The translations under genes were made by a program, and so were the position numbers. Of a DNA stretch of 64,000 nt, positions 61,816-64,000 are shown in pieces. Position 1 is the stretch's first letter. Each line of letters opens with the position of its first letter. This DNA is from an uncultured Chloroflexia bacterium. Lineage in GTDB: Bacteria; Chloroflexota; Anaerolineae; Anaerolineales; UBA4823. Below the pieces are notes generated by a model. That model saw only the letters and a list, made by a program, of their open reading frames with translations, was not told where the DNA came from and ran no database searches. The stretch covers positions 1,930,947 to 1,994,946 of the forward strand of contig CAVSBZ010000005.1 of assembly GCA_963726315.1 (NCBI GenBank), given 5' to 3'.

Positions 61816-62407
61816 ATGAGCCAGAAATCCGATTTTATGTTAAGCAAGCTATCGGTACGTTTCGGTGCACAATCGCTTACGGAGTTATGGATGTATCTCG
61901 AATCCATCAGACTCACTAAAATACTGCCATGCCTGGCAGAACCAGGCAAGATCATCGTGATCGGAGATCCATCACGCAAATTGGATGAGGTGCTGCCTTA
62001 TCTGGCAACACTACCTAATGTGATCTCCTATAACCCGGATAGCTTGCACACTTACCCTGCGACGGCAGCCTGGTTTTATCTCGCTGTATTCAGAAAAAGC
62101 ATATATCACCAAGGTCAAGGATACTGAAGAAGGGTTGGAATTGTTCAAAGCGCTAGTGGATGCGATCAATGCGACCTGGGATCATCGGGAAGAGCTGGTG
62201 GCAATGACTGCTCGAAAACACGCTCCACGTCCCCTGGATATATGGACGTTACTACCCCAAACCAATTGTAAACAATGTGGTGAGGCTACCTGCATGGCAT
62301 TTGCTTGTAAATTATTGCTTCAAGAGCGAGAACTACCCGAATGCACTCCACTACAAGCGGATGCGGCATTTGCCGAACGTCGAGCAACCTTGGAAGCGAT
62401 GCTTTAG
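61816..62407 (+). pseudogene. Fe-S-binding protein with CxxCGxxxCxxFA (RnfB/CdhD N-terminal type) domain; frame break ~62024-62050
   Basis: ORF 61816..62127 and ORF 62135..62407 join as ...NVISYNPD / LTLRRQPGFISLYSEKAYITKVKDTEEGLELFKALV...TNCKQCGEATCMAFAC. Confidence 0.65.
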
Positions 62408-62502
62408 GTTATTGGTAATAGTCTGTTGCCCACAATCCATCATATAATTTTCATGATTATTGTCACTGTATAATTATCGTAAATCCCAATATAATTCAAT
62501 GT

Positions 62503-62895
62503 ATGTTGAACTATTTACCTGATCCAGCAACCCCTCCAGTTGACTTAAATCAATTGGCTAATTGGCTCAAGGTTTTAGCCGAGCCAAACCGATTGCTGAT
62601 CTTCCACTTTCTGATGGAAGGCGTCCAGTGCAACTGCGAGCTCGGGGACGGCCTGCAAATAGCTCCCAACCTGATCTCCCACCACCTGAGGGTTTTACGC
62701 GAGGCAGGTCTTGTTGATGTCGAACGCGATTCCCTGGATGGCCGCTGGATGTACTATTCAATAAACCGTAAGGCACTCGAAGCAATTAATTTCGCTTGGG
62801 GCACTTTTTTTGACCCACAACGAATTAAACCACGCCGGCTCACCTGTGGTCCACAGGGTGAGTTTATCCGCCTGGATATTAAGCAAGAGGGTTAG
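62503..62895 (+). CDS. arsR: ArsR/SmtB family transcriptional regulator (second copy)
   Basis: LKVLAEPNRLLIFHFL...CNCE...ISHHLRVLREAGLV. Confidence 0.85.
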   Translation: MLNYLPDPATPPVDLNQLANWLKVLAEPNRLLIFHFLMEGVQCNCELGDGLQIAPNLISHHLRVLREAGLVDVERDSLDGRWMYYSINRKALEAINFAWGTFFDPQRIKPRRLTCGPQGEFIRLDIKQEG

Positions 62896-62933
62896 TTTTT
62901 TTATCGAAATACTTCAATGGAGACTGAATTACT

Positions 62934-63293
62934 ATGACCGAATTTATACCTATCACTGATATATTGCCTTCCAACGCTAAAACAGCAGAAGTGGAAATTT
63001 TTGATCCACCCATGTGCTGCCCGACCGGAATGTGCGGTCCAACTATCGATCAGACTCTTTTGGATCTCAACGAGATGGTCCTGGCACTTCAAGCCCAGGG
63101 AGTCGTTGTGGCACGTTATCAAATGACCAGCCATCCGAATGCTTTCCTTAATAATCCTGAAGTCATGAAAATTGTTATGGAAAAGCAGATGGAGGCTCTA
63201 CCGATTACGGTGGTACATGGAAAAGTGATCAAAACGCAGAATTACCCTTCCCTCGATGAAGTAAACACATATCTCAATGGAGCCCATTCATGA
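62934..63293 (+). CDS. arsD: Arsenical resistance metallochaperone/repressor ArsD
   Basis: EIFDPPMCCPTGMCGP carries the ArsD Cys-Cys-x4-Cys As(III)-binding signature. Confidence 0.9.
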   Translation: MTEFIPITDILPSNAKTAEVEIFDPPMCCPTGMCGPTIDQTLLDLNEMVLALQAQGVVVARYQMTSHPNAFLNNPEVMKIVMEKQMEALPITVVHGKVIKTQNYPSLDEVNTYLNGAHS

Positions 63294-64000
63294 CCCAATA
63301 CATCTTCTTTTCCGGCAAAGGCGGAGTTGGCAAGACCAGCATGGCATGCACGCATGCGGTCCGCTACGCTGATGAAGGAAAACGCACCCTCATCGTCACC
63401 ACTGACCCGGCATCCAATCTCTCCGACACGTTTGAGCAGCCCATCGGACACCAAATCACCCCCATTACCGATGTACCCAATTTATGGGCGATGGAGATCG
63501 ACCCTGATAAAGCCACCCAGGAATATATCGATCGTGCAATGGCACCTATCCGTGCTGCTTTTCCGCCCCAGATCGTCCAGGTGATGGAAGAGCAGATGAG
63601 CGGTCCCTGCACTGCAGAAGTAGCTGCTTTTGACCGCTTTACTGATTTTCTGGAAGTTTCAACCAGTTCTGATAAAGTTTTCGATGTCGTGATCTTTGAT
63701 ACCGCTCCTACTGGACATACGATTCGCCTATTGGAGCTGCCCGCCGAGTGGAGCCAATCGATCAATGCGGCGAGCTCGGGCAATGGGCAGACCTGTATTG
63801 GTCCAGCAGCAGCCATCCAGGAAGCCAAGAATAAGTACGAGCGTGCCTTAGCTGCCATGCGGGATAGACGCCAGACCACATTCTTTTTCGTTCTGCATCC
63901 GGAAGCTATTTCAATCAAGGAAACCCGGCGTGCAATCACCGAGCTGAGTAAATTGGGCATCCAAAATTATCGCCTGATCATCAACGGCATTATTTCACTC
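63290..64000 (+). CDS. arsA: Arsenite-transporting ATPase ArsA, 3'-truncated by the window edge
   Basis: Hand translation from ATG 63290 (ATGA overlap with arsD): MTQYIFFSGKGGVGKTS... with DTAPTGHT. Absent from the ORF track because no stop lies in the window. The antisense ORF 63364..63960 is spurious. Confidence 0.9.
   Translation, partial: MTQYIFFSGKGGVGKTSMACTHAVRYADEGKRTLIVTTDPASNLSDTFEQPIGHQITPITDVPNLWAMEIDPDKATQEYIDRAMAPIRAAFPPQIVQVMEEQMSGPCTAEVAAFDRFTDFLEVSTSSDKVFDVVIFDTAPTGHTIRLLELPAEWSQSINAASSGNGQTCIGPAAAIQEAKNKYERALAAMRDRRQTTFFFVLHPEAISIKETRRAITELSKLGIQNYRLIINGIISL

Noticed and set aside
62408-62502. An ArsR operator upstream of the second arsR.
   Set aside because: Only a 5-bp ATCAT/ATGAT inverted repeat is present, which is too weak to call from sequence alone.

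Overview
Bacterial chromosomal segment. The taxon cannot be determined without a database search; the proteins look Chloroflexota/Anaerolineae-like, but that is unverified. All family calls are by-eye motif recognition and no search was run. Positions 1-34 kb are ordinary housekeeping and envelope genes: S9, M14 and M24 peptidases, trmI, rplY, gmd, MoxR-DUF58, secDF, murA, trxA, scpA, xth, hisS followed by tRNA-His, and a KtrAB/TrkAH-like K+ uptake pair. Positions 34-43 kb encode a prokaryotic pentameric ligand-gated ion channel with a long N-terminal extension and two very large secreted or surface proteins. Positions 43-52.8 kb are a compositionally mosaic accessory stretch holding small gene blocks of differing GC, degraded genes, orphan dispersed repeats and a tRNA-like fragment. 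Positions 52.8-64 kb are the most interesting part. They hold about 11 kb of co-directional, tightly packed genes with two ArsR regulators, ending in arsD-arsA (arsA runs off the window). The cluster is full of thiol, sulfur and Fe-S handling proteins: an AbrB-fused radical SAM/SPASM protein, a GcvH-like lipoyl carrier, two DGC-domain proteins, an OsmC-like protein, a small ferredoxin, Thioredoxin_3-type proteins, an AhpD-like protein, a cysteine desulfurase, a Trx-CcdA-Trx membrane module, a ThiS/MoaD-like GG protein and an FeS-domain protein. Three paralogous tiny proteins also sit there, two of them below the ORF-track size cut-off. I cannot assign this gene combination to a described pathway. 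Caveat: I count at least 15 reading-frame disruptions, several at homopolymers, and almost all lie in accessory genes. Either the assembly carries indel errors or these genes are decaying, and the two cannot be separated from sequence alone.
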